Below are positions 1 through 10,121 of a stretch of 64,000 nt of DNA, in pieces. The notes under the pieces are model-generated. The model did no database searches, was not told where the DNA came from, and worked only from the letters and a program-made list of their open reading frames with translations. The DNA is from an uncultured Candidatus Entotheonella sp. (GTDB taxonomy: Bacteria > Tectomicrobia > Entotheonellia > Entotheonellales > Entotheonellaceae): contig OZ244252.1 in the NCBI GenBank assembly GCA_965217185.1, positions 1,824,001-1,888,000 on the forward strand. The letters run 5' to 3'. Within the stretch, counting starts at the first letter, position 1, and each line of letters begins with the position of its first letter. A program made the position numbers and the translations under genes.

Positions 1-794
1 TGCTCGACCCGGACCAGGACAATGGCCTCATCCTGGCCGACGTACCGCAGGCGCACGAGCCGCCCGCGCAACAGTGGTTCGGGCGCTTCAGCTACCACCT
101 GAACGAGGGCTTGGCACAGGTCGGCTACCCGCTGTGCCCCGGCGGTATCATGGCGCGCAATCCCGTTTACCGGCACACGCTGACGCAGTGGCAGGAACAG
201 GTGACGTCCACCGCGGACAACCCCACCGAGGCGGCAGCGCGATGGTCCAACATCGTCTTCGACTTCAACACCTTATACGGCGACGACGCCCTCACCGCGG
301 CGCTGTGGCGGCACGTGCTGGAGACCACCGCGTCGCATCCCCGTCTGTTTACCCGCATGGCCGCGGACGACGCGCGGGGCCAGCCGGCGCTGGGCTTTTT
401 TCGCCAACTCGTCGCCACCACCTGGGACGACGAAGGCGCCCACATCGACCTGAAGCGCAACGGCCTGCGGCTGATCGTCGACGCGACGCGCATTTTCGCG
501 CTGCAGGCGGGCGTAAGGGCGCAGAACACCAGCGACCGGCTGGCCGGGCTGGTGCGCCTGGGAACGTTCTCCGAGGCGTTCAGCACCTCGGTGGGGGACG
601 CTTACGAGGCGCTGCTAGATCTTCTGCTGACGCACCAGATCGAACAAGCGCGGGCGGGCGAGGCGTTCAACACGCTGATCGATCCGAAAACCCTGACCGA
701 GCAGAATCACGCCACGCTGCGCCTCGCCATGCGCATGGTGAAGCGCCTGCAGGACCGCCTGCAGGAAGCCTTTGGCGTCGCCTACATCGACTGA
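1..794 (+). CDS. DUF294 putative nucleotidyltransferase / DUF294_C protein, 5'-truncated by the window edge
   Basis: Frame is open from position 3 (LDPDQDNGLILAD...GYPLCPGGIMARNP...FDF...IDLKRNGLRLIVDATRIFAL), the typical DUF294 motifs. It precedes a DEDDh exonuclease, the usual pairing. Confidence 0.85.
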   Translation, partial: LDPDQDNGLILADVPQAHEPPAQQWFGRFSYHLNEGLAQVGYPLCPGGIMARNPVYRHTLTQWQEQVTSTADNPTEAAARWSNIVFDFNTLYGDDALTAALWRHVLETTASHPRLFTRMAADDARGQPALGFFRQLVATTWDDEGAHIDLKRNGLRLIVDATRIFALQAGVRAQNTSDRLAGLVRLGTFSEAFSTSVGDAYEALLDLLLTHQIEQARAGEAFNTLIDPKTLTEQNHATLRLAMRMVKRLQDRLQEAFGVAYID

Positions 795-810
795 GCGGGG
801 AAAGGAAAGC

Positions 811-1539
811 ATGCGAGCCAACGAGCCGGTTGTGATGCTCATGGACAGGCTTCGTGCCTGCCTCATGGGACTGCGAAACGACCCCCTGTTGGCGGATCCG
901 CAATGCTATGCTCTGCACGCGCGCGTTCGTGCCTTGAAGCCGAAAACCCTCACCTGCCTACCGGTCGAGCAGACCCGCTTCGTCGTCATCGACACCGAAA
1001 CCACCGGCTTCAAGGTTTATGGCGGCGACGAAATCGTTTCCATCGCCCTGCTGGAAATGCACGGCCTGGAGCCGACCGGTCGCGAGTTCACCACCCTGGT
1101 CAATCCCCGGCGCGCCATCCCGCTGGCTTCTACCGCGATCCACAACATCTGCGACGCGGACGTCGCCTACGCCCCAGTGATTGAAGAGGTGCTGCACGAC
1201 GTGACGCAGTTCATCGAGGAGAGCGTTCTGGTCGGGCATCACGTGCCGTTCGACCTGCGCTTCCTCAACAAGGCGCTGCACCGGAGATTCCGCTGCCGTC
1301 TGCGCAATCCCTGGCTCGATACCATGCTGATGTACGTGGCGCTCAGCGGCCGGCTGGGCCACTACACCCTGGAGGAAGTGGCGCGGTTTTGCGGCGTGGA
1401 AATCCGCGACCGCCACACCGCCCGCGGCGACGCTCTGATGACCGCCGCCATGTTCAAAACCCTCGCCTCCAGCCTCATCGCCGGCCACCGCACGGTTTCC
1501 ACGCTCATCAAGCGCCAGACGCAGGCGGGATTGTTCTGA
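811..1539 (+). CDS. DEDDh 3'-5' exonuclease (DNA polymerase III epsilon-like)
   Basis: ExoI VIDTETTG, ExoII GHHVPFD and ExoIII HTARGDA motifs; purine-rich RBS before ATG 811. Confidence 0.9.
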   Translation: MRANEPVVMLMDRLRACLMGLRNDPLLADPQCYALHARVRALKPKTLTCLPVEQTRFVVIDTETTGFKVYGGDEIVSIALLEMHGLEPTGREFTTLVNPRRAIPLASTAIHNICDADVAYAPVIEEVLHDVTQFIEESVLVGHHVPFDLRFLNKALHRRFRCRLRNPWLDTMLMYVALSGRLGHYTLEEVARFCGVEIRDRHTARGDALMTAAMFKTLASSLIAGHRTVSTLIKRQTQAGLF

Positions 1540-1551
1540 GATCAGCGGAAC

Positions 1552-1580
1552 GTCGGATTACGCTGCGCTAATCCGACCTA
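1552..1580 (-). repeat. GTAG-family REP palindrome
   Basis: Minus strand reads GTAGGTCGGATTAGCGCAGCGTAATCCGAC; a related copy lies at 18900-18931. Confidence 0.7.
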
Positions 1581-1620
1581 CACGTACCCAGCGGCGCACT
1601 GCCGGCAGGAGAGATTCCCG

Positions 1621-2418
1621 ATGACATCTTCTCGGACAGCATGGCTTTGGATTGTACTCTTGGCGGCATTCATTGGGTCAACCATCCCCAATTTGGCGTT
1701 TCCGGACGCCTACATCAGGGGCGGAGTTCTTCTCGACCGGCCGAAAGCCACACGGTTCCCGGATGACAACTGTTCGTCCGCGGATAATCGTCGCGCCTGC
1801 GAGCTCGGCATCGGTGACGACCCCTTGAGCTCGCTCGGAGACTTCGACACGATGACTGGCCTGGAGTTGGGACTTGGTTATGCCATTATGCCAGCCTTGC
1901 GACTTGAAGCTGCCTTCCAATACCGTCCGGAATTTTCTTTCAAGGGTCAGGCAGATTTTTCATTGTTAGGCGTCACGGACGAACGAGATGTCTCCGCGGA
2001 ACTGACCGTGTTGTCCGGCATGCTGGCTACATACCTGGATATTCCCTTACCTGGTTTTGGCTTGCTCCGGCACACACCTTTTAATCCTTTCATAGGTATC
2101 GGCGGCGGCCTTTCCCGCATTGAGATCGGCGATACCCAGATGGATTCACAAGTATCCAGGTTCATCGTTCCCGGGGACCAACAAGTTAGCTTCTCCTGGA
2201 TGGTATCCGCGGGGCTCGCGGTATCGCTGGCGAAGTGGACGATCGATGTCGCCTGGCGCTATACGGATCACGGCAGCATCGAGACCGCGACTGGCATCGC
2301 CCGGAAAGTTTGTCGAATCGCGGGCTGTCGTCTGCCGGATATTGACTTGCCGCTGGCCCCCACCCTGGGTGAGTTGAAGAGTCACGGGTTGACTCTGTCC
2401 TTACGATACGCCTTTTGA
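1621..2418 (+). CDS. Outer-membrane beta-barrel (opacity/OmpA-like) protein
   Basis: N-terminal signal peptide, amphipathic strands (LGLGYA, PFIGIGGGLSR, IDVAWRYTDHG) and C-terminal LRYAF beta-signal. Confidence 0.75.
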   Translation: MTSSRTAWLWIVLLAAFIGSTIPNLAFPDAYIRGGVLLDRPKATRFPDDNCSSADNRRACELGIGDDPLSSLGDFDTMTGLELGLGYAIMPALRLEAAFQYRPEFSFKGQADFSLLGVTDERDVSAELTVLSGMLATYLDIPLPGFGLLRHTPFNPFIGIGGGLSRIEIGDTQMDSQVSRFIVPGDQQVSFSWMVSAGLAVSLAKWTIDVAWRYTDHGSIETATGIARKVCRIAGCRLPDIDLPLAPTLGELKSHGLTLSLRYAF

Positions 2419-2707
2419 TGTTCGGCATTGCGGCTGCACCGGCAGTATTACAGCGGTTTGGGTTCGTATGTCTGGTTTTGCCGGGAGGGTGAGGCAGACA
2501 TTCTTGTCTGCCCAAGGAGGGCGACACCGTCCTCCGCGCAGGCTGAAAGCCCGCGCCACCCTGGGGGGCTACGGGCTGCCGCATCACCGTTGGGTTTGCC
2601 GTATCGTCATGCGAAAATCGCTATAAACGATACCGGAAGCGTAGGCTGAGCAACCTGATCGCATACAACAGCCATCAAGTTGTGGGACCCGTCAGAGGGG
2701 ACAGCTC

Positions 2708-3196
2708 GTGAAAAACACCACACGCTACAACGATGACTTTTGTGATTGGACACAAGCCACCGCCGCGTTGATCCGGCAGCGGAAATGGGAGGACATTGAC
2801 TGGAAGCACGTGGCAGAGGAGTTGGAAGCTTTGGGGAAGCGAGACCGGCGTGAACTGGAGAGTCGATTGGTGACCCTGATGCTGTATCTCCTCAAGTGGC
2901 GCTTTCAACCCGAGCGGCGCCGGCGAGGCAGGAGTTGGCGGCGCACGATTCTGGAGCAACGGCGGCAACTTGCGGCCCTTCTTTCCGACAGTCCTGGTCT
3001 GCGCCCGCGAACGCCCGAAGCTCTGGCCCGGCTCTATCCACACGCCCGTCAACTGTCTGCTGCGGAAACCGGACTGCCCGAAGAAACGTTTCCCGCCGCC
3101 TGTCCCTGGGCCGCGTCCCAGATTCTCGACATCCATTTCTGGCCGGAAGACGGCCCTCATTCCACGCCTTCCCCAGAGGGAGAAGGAACCTTGTAA
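2708..3196 (+). CDS. DUF29 family protein
   Basis: YNDDFCDW...DWKHVAEELEALG...LLKWRFQP...SW...ETGL..FP..CPW pattern. Confidence 0.9.
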   Translation: MKNTTRYNDDFCDWTQATAALIRQRKWEDIDWKHVAEELEALGKRDRRELESRLVTLMLYLLKWRFQPERRRRGRSWRRTILEQRRQLAALLSDSPGLRPRTPEALARLYPHARQLSAAETGLPEETFPAACPWAASQILDIHFWPEDGPHSTPSPEGEGTL

Positions 3197-3237
3197 GGAC
3201 CCTCTGTGTAGCATCCATCGCTGAAAGGATCTCCGGC

Positions 3238-5802
3238 ATGGCCGAACACCTGGATCCGTACCAATTGCCCCGCAACGTCATACCGTCTCGTTACGATCTC
3301 ACCCTGCAGCCCGACCTGCAGCAGGCGACCTTTACCGGCTCGGTCATCATCGCCCTTGAGGTAGTCGAGCCCACCGACGCCATCTGGCTGAACGCCGCCG
3401 AACTGGAAATCATCTCCACCGCCTTGGAAGACGCCGACGGCAACCACGTGTGCAGCCCTGAGGCAGAATTGCTGGCAGACCAGGAACGCCTGCGGCTCGG
3501 GCTTGGCGCCTCCCTGCCGCCGGGCGATTATCGCCTGATGCTGGGCTTCGAGGGCATCCTCAACGACAAGCTGCACGGATTTTACCTTTCCAAATTCAAA
3601 GACGGCGACGGCGAAGAGCACCACATCGCCACCACGCAGTTTGAAAGCACCGACGCCCGCCGCGCCTTTCCGTGCTTCGACGAGCCGGACTTCAAGGCCG
3701 TGTTCGGCGTCACCCTGATCGTGCCGGACGACCTGTACGCCGTCTCCAACGCCCCCATCATTTCCGAAACGCCCGCTGGCAACGGCTGGCGCCTGGTGTC
3801 CTTCGACGACACCATGAAAATGTCCACCTATCTCGTGGCCTTCATCGTCGGCCCGTTCGAGGCCACCGAGGCGGTGGACGTGGACGGCGTGCCGCTGCGC
3901 ATCGTGCACCCTATCGGCAAGGGCCACCTGACGGAATTCGCACTGCAGGTCGGCGCCTTCACCCTGCGCCATTTCGCCGAGTATTACGACATCCCCTACC
4001 CCGGCCAGAAGTTGGATCTCGTGGCCGTCCCCGACTTCGCTTTCGGCGCTATGGAGAACCTCGGTTGCGTCACCTTCCGCGAGGTATTGCTGCTCCTCGA
4101 TCCGCAGCAGGCAACGCAGCCGGAGCGGGTGCGGGCGGCGGACGTCATTGCCCACGAAATCGCCCACATGTGGTTCGGTGATCTGGTCACCATGAGATGG
4201 TGGAACGGCATCTGGCTGAACGAGGCCTTCGCCACCTTCATGGGCACCATGGCGGTGGATGCCTTCGACGCGCAATGGCAACGCTGGGTGCAGTTCGGCC
4301 TGGAGCGCTCGGCGGCGTTCGACGTGGATTCCCTGCACCACACCCGCCCGATCGAGTACCCGGTGCAATCGCCCAAGGACGCCGACGGCATGTTCGACCT
4401 GCTCACCTACGAGAAGGGCGGCTCGGTGCTGCGCATGCTGGAGCAGCATCTCGACGCAACGCCGTTCCGGGACGGCATCCGGCACTACCTGCAAAAGCAC
4501 CAATACGGCAACACCGAGACCAACGACCTGTGGGACGCCATCGAGGAGGTAACCGGCGAACCGGCCCGCCGCGTCATGGATTCGTGGATTTACCAGCGCG
4601 GCTTCCCGCTGCTTTCGGTCGCCGGCGATGCGACGGGGAAGTTGACCCTTAACCAGCGACGCTTCACCTTCACGCCGCTCAGCAACGGAGACGACTCCGT
4701 GTGGTCGATCCCCGTGACGCTGCGTTACGGGTACGCCGGGCAGGTGACGGAGCGACGCGAGTTGCTGGAATCGGCGTCGTTGGAGATCGATTTCGGCCAT
4801 CCCGTCGATTGGGTAGTGGTCAACGCCGGCGGGCACGGCTTCTACCGCGTGCGATACGCGCCGGACCTGTTGCAGCAACTCCGGCCCATCATGCTGCAAC
4901 AACTCACTGCCATCGAACGCTACACCTTGGTGGACGACACCTGGGCGGCGGTACTGGCAGGCAATACCACGGCGGCCGATCTCCTCGCCCTGGCGCAGGG
5001 GCTGCGGGACGAAGACGACCTCGACGTGTGGACGCTGCTGTGCGGCTGTCTGGAACAATTGGGTCGGCTGCTGGATGGGGAGGCCGGAGCGCGTTACCAA
5101 GCGGAGTTGCGCGATCTGTATACCCCGGTGCTGGAACGTCTGGGATGGACGCCCAAGCCGGACGACACCTCGCGCATTCTGGAGCTGCGGGGTCTGATCA
5201 TCCGCTCTCTGGCGGTAGCGGCCAACGATGCCGGTGCGCAAGAGCAGTGCCGCGAGTTGCACGGCCGTTACCTGCAGGACAGCGGCAGCGTGGAGCCCAA
5301 CGTCGCCGCCGCGGCGGCAGCGGCGGTGGCCTGTTGCGGCAGTGAGGACGACTACAACGTGTTCGTCGAGCGCTTCAAGACCGGCGCCACGCCGCAGGAA
5401 GTGCGGCGCTACCAGAGCCTGCTGGCGTCGTTCCCCGGATCGGACCAGATGTCCACGACGCTGGACATGAGCCTCGACGGCACCGTGCGCACCCAGGACG
5501 CCCCGTACTTGGTCGCCCTATGCCTGCGCAACCGACACTGTGGCGAGCAGGCGTGGCGCTTCGTGCGCGACAACTGGGAGGCCATGCTGGAGGCATACCC
5601 CAACAATGCCATCGTGCGCATGCTGGATGGCGTCAAAACGCTGTCCGTGCCCGACGTCGCCGCCGACGTGACGGCGTTTTTCGACAGCCACGAGGTGCCG
5701 CAGGGCGAGCTGACGCTGCAGCAGCATCTGGAGCGGTTGCAGGTGAACGTGGCATTGCGGGAGCGGGAAGCGGAACGCTTCGGGGCAGTATTGGTTGGGT
5801 AA
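3238..5802 (+). CDS. pepN: M1 family zinc aminopeptidase N with ERAP1_C domain
   Basis: TQFESTDARRAFPCFDEP, GAMEN, HEIAH-x18-E (WLNEAFA) and YEKG motifs; start placed at ATG 3238. Confidence 0.92.
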   Translation: MAEHLDPYQLPRNVIPSRYDLTLQPDLQQATFTGSVIIALEVVEPTDAIWLNAAELEIISTALEDADGNHVCSPEAELLADQERLRLGLGASLPPGDYRLMLGFEGILNDKLHGFYLSKFKDGDGEEHHIATTQFESTDARRAFPCFDEPDFKAVFGVTLIVPDDLYAVSNAPIISETPAGNGWRLVSFDDTMKMSTYLVAFIVGPFEATEAVDVDGVPLRIVHPIGKGHLTEFALQVGAFTLRHFAEYYDIPYPGQKLDLVAVPDFAFGAMENLGCVTFREVLLLLDPQQATQPERVRAADVIAHEIAHMWFGDLVTMRWWNGIWLNEAFATFMGTMAVDAFDAQWQRWVQFGLERSAAFDVDSLHHTRPIEYPVQSPKDADGMFDLLTYEKGGSVLRMLEQHLDATPFRDGIRHYLQKHQYGNTETNDLWDAIEEVTGEPARRVMDSWIYQRGFPLLSVAGDATGKLTLNQRRFTFTPLSNGDDSVWSIPVTLRYGYAGQVTERRELLESASLEIDFGHPVDWVVVNAGGHGFYRVRYAPDLLQQLRPIMLQQLTAIERYTLVDDTWAAVLAGNTTAADLLALAQGLRDEDDLDVWTLLCGCLEQLGRLLDGEAGARYQAELRDLYTPVLERLGWTPKPDDTSRILELRGLIIRSLAVAANDAGAQEQCRELHGRYLQDSGSVEPNVAAAAAAAVACCGSEDDYNVFVERFKTGATPQEVRRYQSLLASFPGSDQMSTTLDMSLDGTVRTQDAPYLVALCLRNRHCGEQAWRFVRDNWEAMLEAYPNNAIVRMLDGVKTLSVPDVAADVTAFFDSHEVPQGELTLQQHLERLQVNVALREREAERFGAVLVG

Positions 5803-5826
5803 GTTGCGGATGGAGAGAAACCCAAC

Positions 5827-6906
5827 ATGACCGGCATCTGGAAAAACACGGGGAATGGCTGGGAGTTGGCTGATTCCCAGCCATTTTCGGATGAAGCCAC
5901 TTTGCAGCGGCTGGTTGCGGAAAACCCGCAGCTATTGCCGCTAGCCGGTTCCCCGCGCGTGTTCACCCTGGGCAAGGAGGTCAGGCTGGGAACGGGCTAC
6001 GCGGACGTTCTGGCCGTGGAAGCGTCAGGGCGTCCAGTGATTATCGAGGTGAAACTGGCCCGCAACGCCGAAGCTCGGCGGGCTATCGTGTCGCAAGTTC
6101 TGGCCTACGCGGCGTTTCTGCACGGCTACGACGTCGAGGCCCTTGAGCAAGGCCCATTGCGCAACGCTCTGGCCGATGCGGGCTACGAGTCTATCGCCGA
6201 AGCCGTCGCTGCCGAGGACCAGGAAGGCGCAGTTGACGAAGCGGAGTTTGTGCCGGCGCTGCAGGCGTATCTGAGCTCCGGCAGATTTCGCTTGGTATTG
6301 GTTCTGGACGACGTGTCCAGCGAACTCGAACGTATCATTGCGTACCTGGACTCCGTAACGCTCCAAACGCTGACGATCGACCTGATCACCATTAACGTTT
6401 ACGAGGTGAACGGCGTTCAAATTGCGTTGCCGCAACGCGTCTCGCCTGACATCAGCGCGAACGTAGGCCCTTCCGCGCCGCCAACGCGAACGTCGGTAGC
6501 CCCAAGCGGCGTTCTATCCGATGGCCCGGATGCATTCGTTGAATCCGCGGGACATGCTACCGGACAAGACCATGAGGCTTTCGATCAGTTGATAAACTGG
6601 GCAAATCAATTGGCCCAATTTCCGAAAGTACGTCTCTACAGCTACGCCGGCGGTAGCGGCCGCATCACATTGCTGCCCTATGTTGTCCCGGGGAACGTTG
6701 GCTTGATAACAATATGGAATGATCGCGGAAAACCTTATATATCGGTTTGGCGCTCAGTATTTGAACGCCTTGCACCACAATCCATAAATCGTGTGGAGCA
6801 AGCCATCTCCCCAAGCAGACTGGGCCAGGGAACAACCGTCAGAGACGTTTCCCCAGAAGTGGTTGCGGCCATCACCGCCGCCTATCGGGAAGCGGTTGAC
6901 GGCTGA
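5827..6906 (+). CDS. PD-(D/E)XK nuclease-like protein (NucS/EndoMS-type N-terminal domain)
   Basis: E-LQ...NP, KEV, and ADVLAVEASGRPVIIEVK...QVLAYA motifs. Confidence 0.65.
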   Translation: MTGIWKNTGNGWELADSQPFSDEATLQRLVAENPQLLPLAGSPRVFTLGKEVRLGTGYADVLAVEASGRPVIIEVKLARNAEARRAIVSQVLAYAAFLHGYDVEALEQGPLRNALADAGYESIAEAVAAEDQEGAVDEAEFVPALQAYLSSGRFRLVLVLDDVSSELERIIAYLDSVTLQTLTIDLITINVYEVNGVQIALPQRVSPDISANVGPSAPPTRTSVAPSGVLSDGPDAFVESAGHATGQDHEAFDQLINWANQLAQFPKVRLYSYAGGSGRITLLPYVVPGNVGLITIWNDRGKPYISVWRSVFERLAPQSINRVEQAISPSRLGQGTTVRDVSPEVVAAITAAYREAVDG

Positions 6907-6935
6907 TTGACCCGCCGATTGGAAAGGAACATACG

Positions 6936-7298
6936 ATGGACGGGATCATCATCGACCGTGGCAGGGGCCCGGAAATCAGGGGAACGCGCATCACCGTGTA
7001 CGACGTGGTCGATTACTGGAAGGACGGCTGGCGCTATGACCAGATAGCCGGTCTGTTTCGTCTACCCCCGAACGAGGTTCAGGCCGCTATCGCATATATC
7101 GAGGAACACGAAGAAGAGGTGATGGCGGACTACCGGGCCATTCTCAAACGACACGAGGAATTGCGCCGAAGATACCACACGCCTGAAATCGAAGCGAAAA
7201 TCGCTCACAACCGACAGAAACTGAGAGCCAAACTGGCCGAGCTCCGCGCCAGGGGTTCACAGGGAGAGTCGCGTGCCGGCGATCATGGCAGATCATGA
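6936..7298 (+). CDS. DUF433 antitoxin
   Basis: GRGPEIRGTRITVYDVV...IAGLFRL...VQAAIAY; overlaps the downstream PIN-like gene. Confidence 0.85.
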   Translation: MDGIIIDRGRGPEIRGTRITVYDVVDYWKDGWRYDQIAGLFRLPPNEVQAAIAYIEEHEEEVMADYRAILKRHEELRRRYHTPEIEAKIAHNRQKLRAKLAELRARGSQGESRAGDHGRS

Positions 7299-7680
7299 CG
7301 TCGAAGGCGACTTCGACATCGTTCTACGAACCCTGATGTCGGGAGAATGGAGTGATCTGTGGAATGAACTCAACTACGATGTTGAGTCATTCGAGAGCAT
7401 GGGAATTCCCAACGACACGGCGGATGCGGACCTGTGGCGCCTGTGTCAGGAACGGCAAGTTTTACTGATAACGGGGAATCGAAACAAGGAGGGACCAAGT
7501 TCGCTCGAATATGTGATTGAGCAGTTCAATACGCCCGCTTGCCTTCCCGTGCTGACCATCGGCGATCCCGGCCGAGCCATCCGCAGCCAAGACTACCTGC
7601 ACCGCCTCGTCGCCCGTCTGGTGGAGTATCTCATCGACATTGAGAGCGTTCGTGGGGCCGGAAGGCTTTATCTGCCATGA
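7273..7680 (+). CDS. DUF5615 PIN-like toxin
   Basis: ADHDV...ADADLWRLC...LLITGN pattern; partner of DUF433. Confidence 0.75.
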   Translation: MPAIMADHDVEGDFDIVLRTLMSGEWSDLWNELNYDVESFESMGIPNDTADADLWRLCQERQVLLITGNRNKEGPSSLEYVIEQFNTPACLPVLTIGDPGRAIRSQDYLHRLVARLVEYLIDIESVRGAGRLYLP

Positions 7681-7695
7681 CCCACAGGAGCCTTT

Positions 7696-8454
7696 CTACT
7701 GCGCCAAGGCGCCGCCGTCGATGACGAGTTCGCTGCCGGTCACGTACGACGCGTCGTCCGACGCCAAGAACAGCACGCCGGCCACGATCTCATGGACCAA
7801 CGCCATACGGCGCAGCGGTACTCGCTGCAGGCGCTCTCGCAGCACCTCCGGGTCCGGCATGGCGTTGTGCAGCATGGCGGTATCGACCGGCCCCGGGTGC
7901 ACCGAATTGCAGCGGATGTTGTCCTGAGCGCACTGGCTGGCCGTCACCTTGCTGAAAATGCGTACCGCCGCCTTGCTGGCGGCATAAGCCGGCTCCTGGT
8001 GCGCCGACTGACCGATGCCGGCGACGGACGAAATGTTCACGATGGAGCCGCCGCCCGCCTTGCGCATCTCCGGGATGGCGTGCTTGGTGCCGAGAAACAC
8101 CCCCTTGGCGTTCACCGCCATGACCCGATCCCATTCCGCCTCCGAGCGTACCTCGATGGGCACCCGCGGGATGGTAATCCCGGCGTTGTTCACCAGAATG
8201 TCCAGCTTGTCGAATCGCCGCACGGTCTCCTCGACCGCCTGCCGCCAATCGGCCTCGTTCGACACGTCCAGGTGCACGTAGGCCGCTTCCATACCGTCAG
8301 CCAGCAATTCGGCTTCCAGTTTACGGCCATCATCGTCGGCCACGTCGCCGAACACCACCTTGGCGCCCTCTCGGGCGAACGTTCTGGCCTCCGCGGCGCC
8401 CTGGCCGCGCGCGCCGCCGCTGATCAACGCCACCTTGCCGTCCAATTTGCCCAT
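7696..8454 (-). CDS. Short-chain dehydrogenase/reductase
   Basis: SGGARGQG, NNAG, YAASK and SVHPG motifs; paralog at 52377-53126. Confidence 0.92.
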   Translation of the reverse strand: MGKLDGKVALISGGARGQGAAEARTFAREGAKVVFGDVADDDGRKLEAELLADGMEAAYVHLDVSNEADWRQAVEETVRRFDKLDILVNNAGITIPRVPIEVRSEAEWDRVMAVNAKGVFLGTKHAIPEMRKAGGGSIVNISSVAGIGQSAHQEPAYAASKAAVRIFSKVTASQCAQDNIRCNSVHPGPVDTAMLHNAMPDPEVLRERLQRVPLRRMALVHEIVAGVLFLASDDASYVTGSELVIDGGALAQ

Positions 8455-8486
8455 GATCCTGCCCCCCTATCGGATTACGGCTGCCG

Positions 8487-9458
8487 CTAGAAAAAATACT
8501 CCCGCTCGCGCAGGGTGGGATACATCCCCGCGACCCACTGGCCGTAGCCGTTGAAAATCACCGTGTCGAAGCGCTCGTCCGTACCCAGCATGCGCTCGCT
8601 GGACTGCACCCAGCGCGGGTGCGCCACCTCCGGGTTGACGTTGGCCCAGAACCCGTATTCCTTCGGCGCCAGGGTTTCCCAGAAGCTGACGGGCCGCTCC
8701 TTGACGAACTCGATGGAAACGATCGATTTGATGCTCTTGAAGCCGTACTTCCACGGCGTGACGAGCCGCAGCGGGGCGCCGTGCTGCTTGGGCAGCGGAT
8801 GCCCGTACACGCCCGTCACCAGCATGGTGAGCTCGTTCATCGCCTCCTCGATGGTCAACCCCTCTTCGTACGGCCAGGGATACCAGATGCGCAATTGATT
8901 CAGCGCCACGGTACGATGCAGGAACGTCGTCAGCTTGACGTAGCGGGCCTGCAGGGTGGGTTGCACCTTCTTCATCAAAGCGGAGAACGGGAAGCCGGTC
9001 CACGGCACCGCCATGGCCCAGGCCTCGACGCAGCGCAGGCGGTACAGGCGTTCTTCAAGCGGCATGGCGCGGATGAGGTCGTCGATGTCGAACGTCTGCG
9101 GATTGTTGACCAAGCCGCCGACTTCCACCTGCCAGGGGCGGATTGTCAGGCGCTGCGCCAGGCGCGAGATGGTCTTGACGGGGCCGAACTCGTAGAAGTT
9201 GTTGTAGGCGGCGGCGACCTCCTCCTCCGTCACCGGACGGTCGAGCGTGAACTCCGGGTTGCGTTGCGCCGGATACAAGTCGAGGGTTTTGTCCGTGTCA
9301 TCCTCCGCGGCGCAACCGATGCCGCCCGCCGCGCCGAGGATGCCGCCGGCCGCCATCGCCGCGCTGCCGGCCAGGAACTTGCGGCGCTGCATGAACACCG
9401 ATTCGGGTGTGGCTTTACTCTCGGGAATCATCCAACCGGGTTTGCGATGGTAATGCAT
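8487..9458 (-). CDS. msrP: Protein-methionine-sulfoxide reductase catalytic subunit (molybdopterin)
   Basis: Tat-like RRKFL signal; YNNFYEF, RLRCVEAW and GAPLRLVTPWKYGFKSIKSI motifs. Confidence 0.93.
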   Translation of the reverse strand: MHYHRKPGWMIPESKATPESVFMQRRKFLAGSAAMAAGGILGAAGGIGCAAEDDTDKTLDLYPAQRNPEFTLDRPVTEEEVAAAYNNFYEFGPVKTISRLAQRLTIRPWQVEVGGLVNNPQTFDIDDLIRAMPLEERLYRLRCVEAWAMAVPWTGFPFSALMKKVQPTLQARYVKLTTFLHRTVALNQLRIWYPWPYEEGLTIEEAMNELTMLVTGVYGHPLPKQHGAPLRLVTPWKYGFKSIKSIVSIEFVKERPVSFWETLAPKEYGFWANVNPEVAHPRWVQSSERMLGTDERFDTVIFNGYGQWVAGMYPTLREREYFF

Positions 9459-9473
9459 GTGTAATCCTCCTTG

Positions 9474-10067
9474 TCAGCGGCTTTCGACCCCGGCCGCCAA
9501 GAGACGTTCAATGATCCGGTGCGCCTGCGGCCCGGTCCAGTCGCGGTAACCCATGCCGCCCGCCACCACGTGACCGCGGCGGTCAATCAGGAAATTCGTC
9601 GGCGTGGCCTGAATGCCAAACGCCTCCTCGGCCCTCGCCTCCGGGTCCATGACGTGCGGGAAACTGAGGCTGTGCTTGGCGATGTAAGCCCTCACCTGCT
9701 CCGCTGTTTCCCCCATGTTCACCGCCACAATCGCCAATCCATCCCCTTTGTATCTTTCGTACAGCGCCTCAAGTGCGGCGCGCTCCCGTTCGCAATAATG
9801 GCACCAAGTGGTCCAGAAATTAAGGATGATCACATGGTCGCGGAAGGCCAGCAGAGACACCGGCTTGCCGTCCACGTCCGGCAAGCTGACGTCCGGCAAA
9901 GCGATGGATTCGGGGAAGAGGAAGAGGTTCAGAGCTTCGTAGTCCGACGCGTCATCGGCAGTGGCGCGGTGCGGAGTTGCGACGCCGAGGCCGAGCAGTA
10001 CAGCGATCAACGCGGTAACGATCCAACGTTTCATGGTGTTGTGTTCCATTTCCGTGAGCAACAGCAT
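9474..10067 (-). CDS. TlpA-family thiol-disulfide oxidoreductase
   Basis: Signal peptide, NFWTTWCHYC and ATPTNFLID; start may be the later ATG (MKRW). Confidence 0.85.
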   Translation of the reverse strand: MLLLTEMEHNTMKRWIVTALIAVLLGLGVATPHRATADDASDYEALNLFLFPESIALPDVSLPDVDGKPVSLLAFRDHVIILNFWTTWCHYCERERAALEALYERYKGDGLAIVAVNMGETAEQVRAYIAKHSLSFPHVMDPEARAEEAFGIQATPTNFLIDRRGHVVAGGMGYRDWTGPQAHRIIERLLAAGVESR

Positions 10068-10121
10068 CTCGACACGCTGTCAGAGTTAGTCGGGTTGTTT
10101 TTCCTGGTCCAACATGAAAAC

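Noticed and set aside
2896..3237. N-terminal extensions in the ORF track for pepN (also ppx, moeA and the IS481 transposase)
   Set aside because: They overlap other genes or element ends; downstream starts fit family lengths.
3157..5262. Long antisense ORFs (also 14247-16550, 19952-22078, 31996-33465, 41765-42973)
   Set aside because: Shadow ORFs opposite well-supported genes in GC-rich DNA.
7696..8454. Recent duplication of the SDR at 52377-53126
   Set aside because: The paralogs are clearly diverged and share no flanks; ordinary family expansion.
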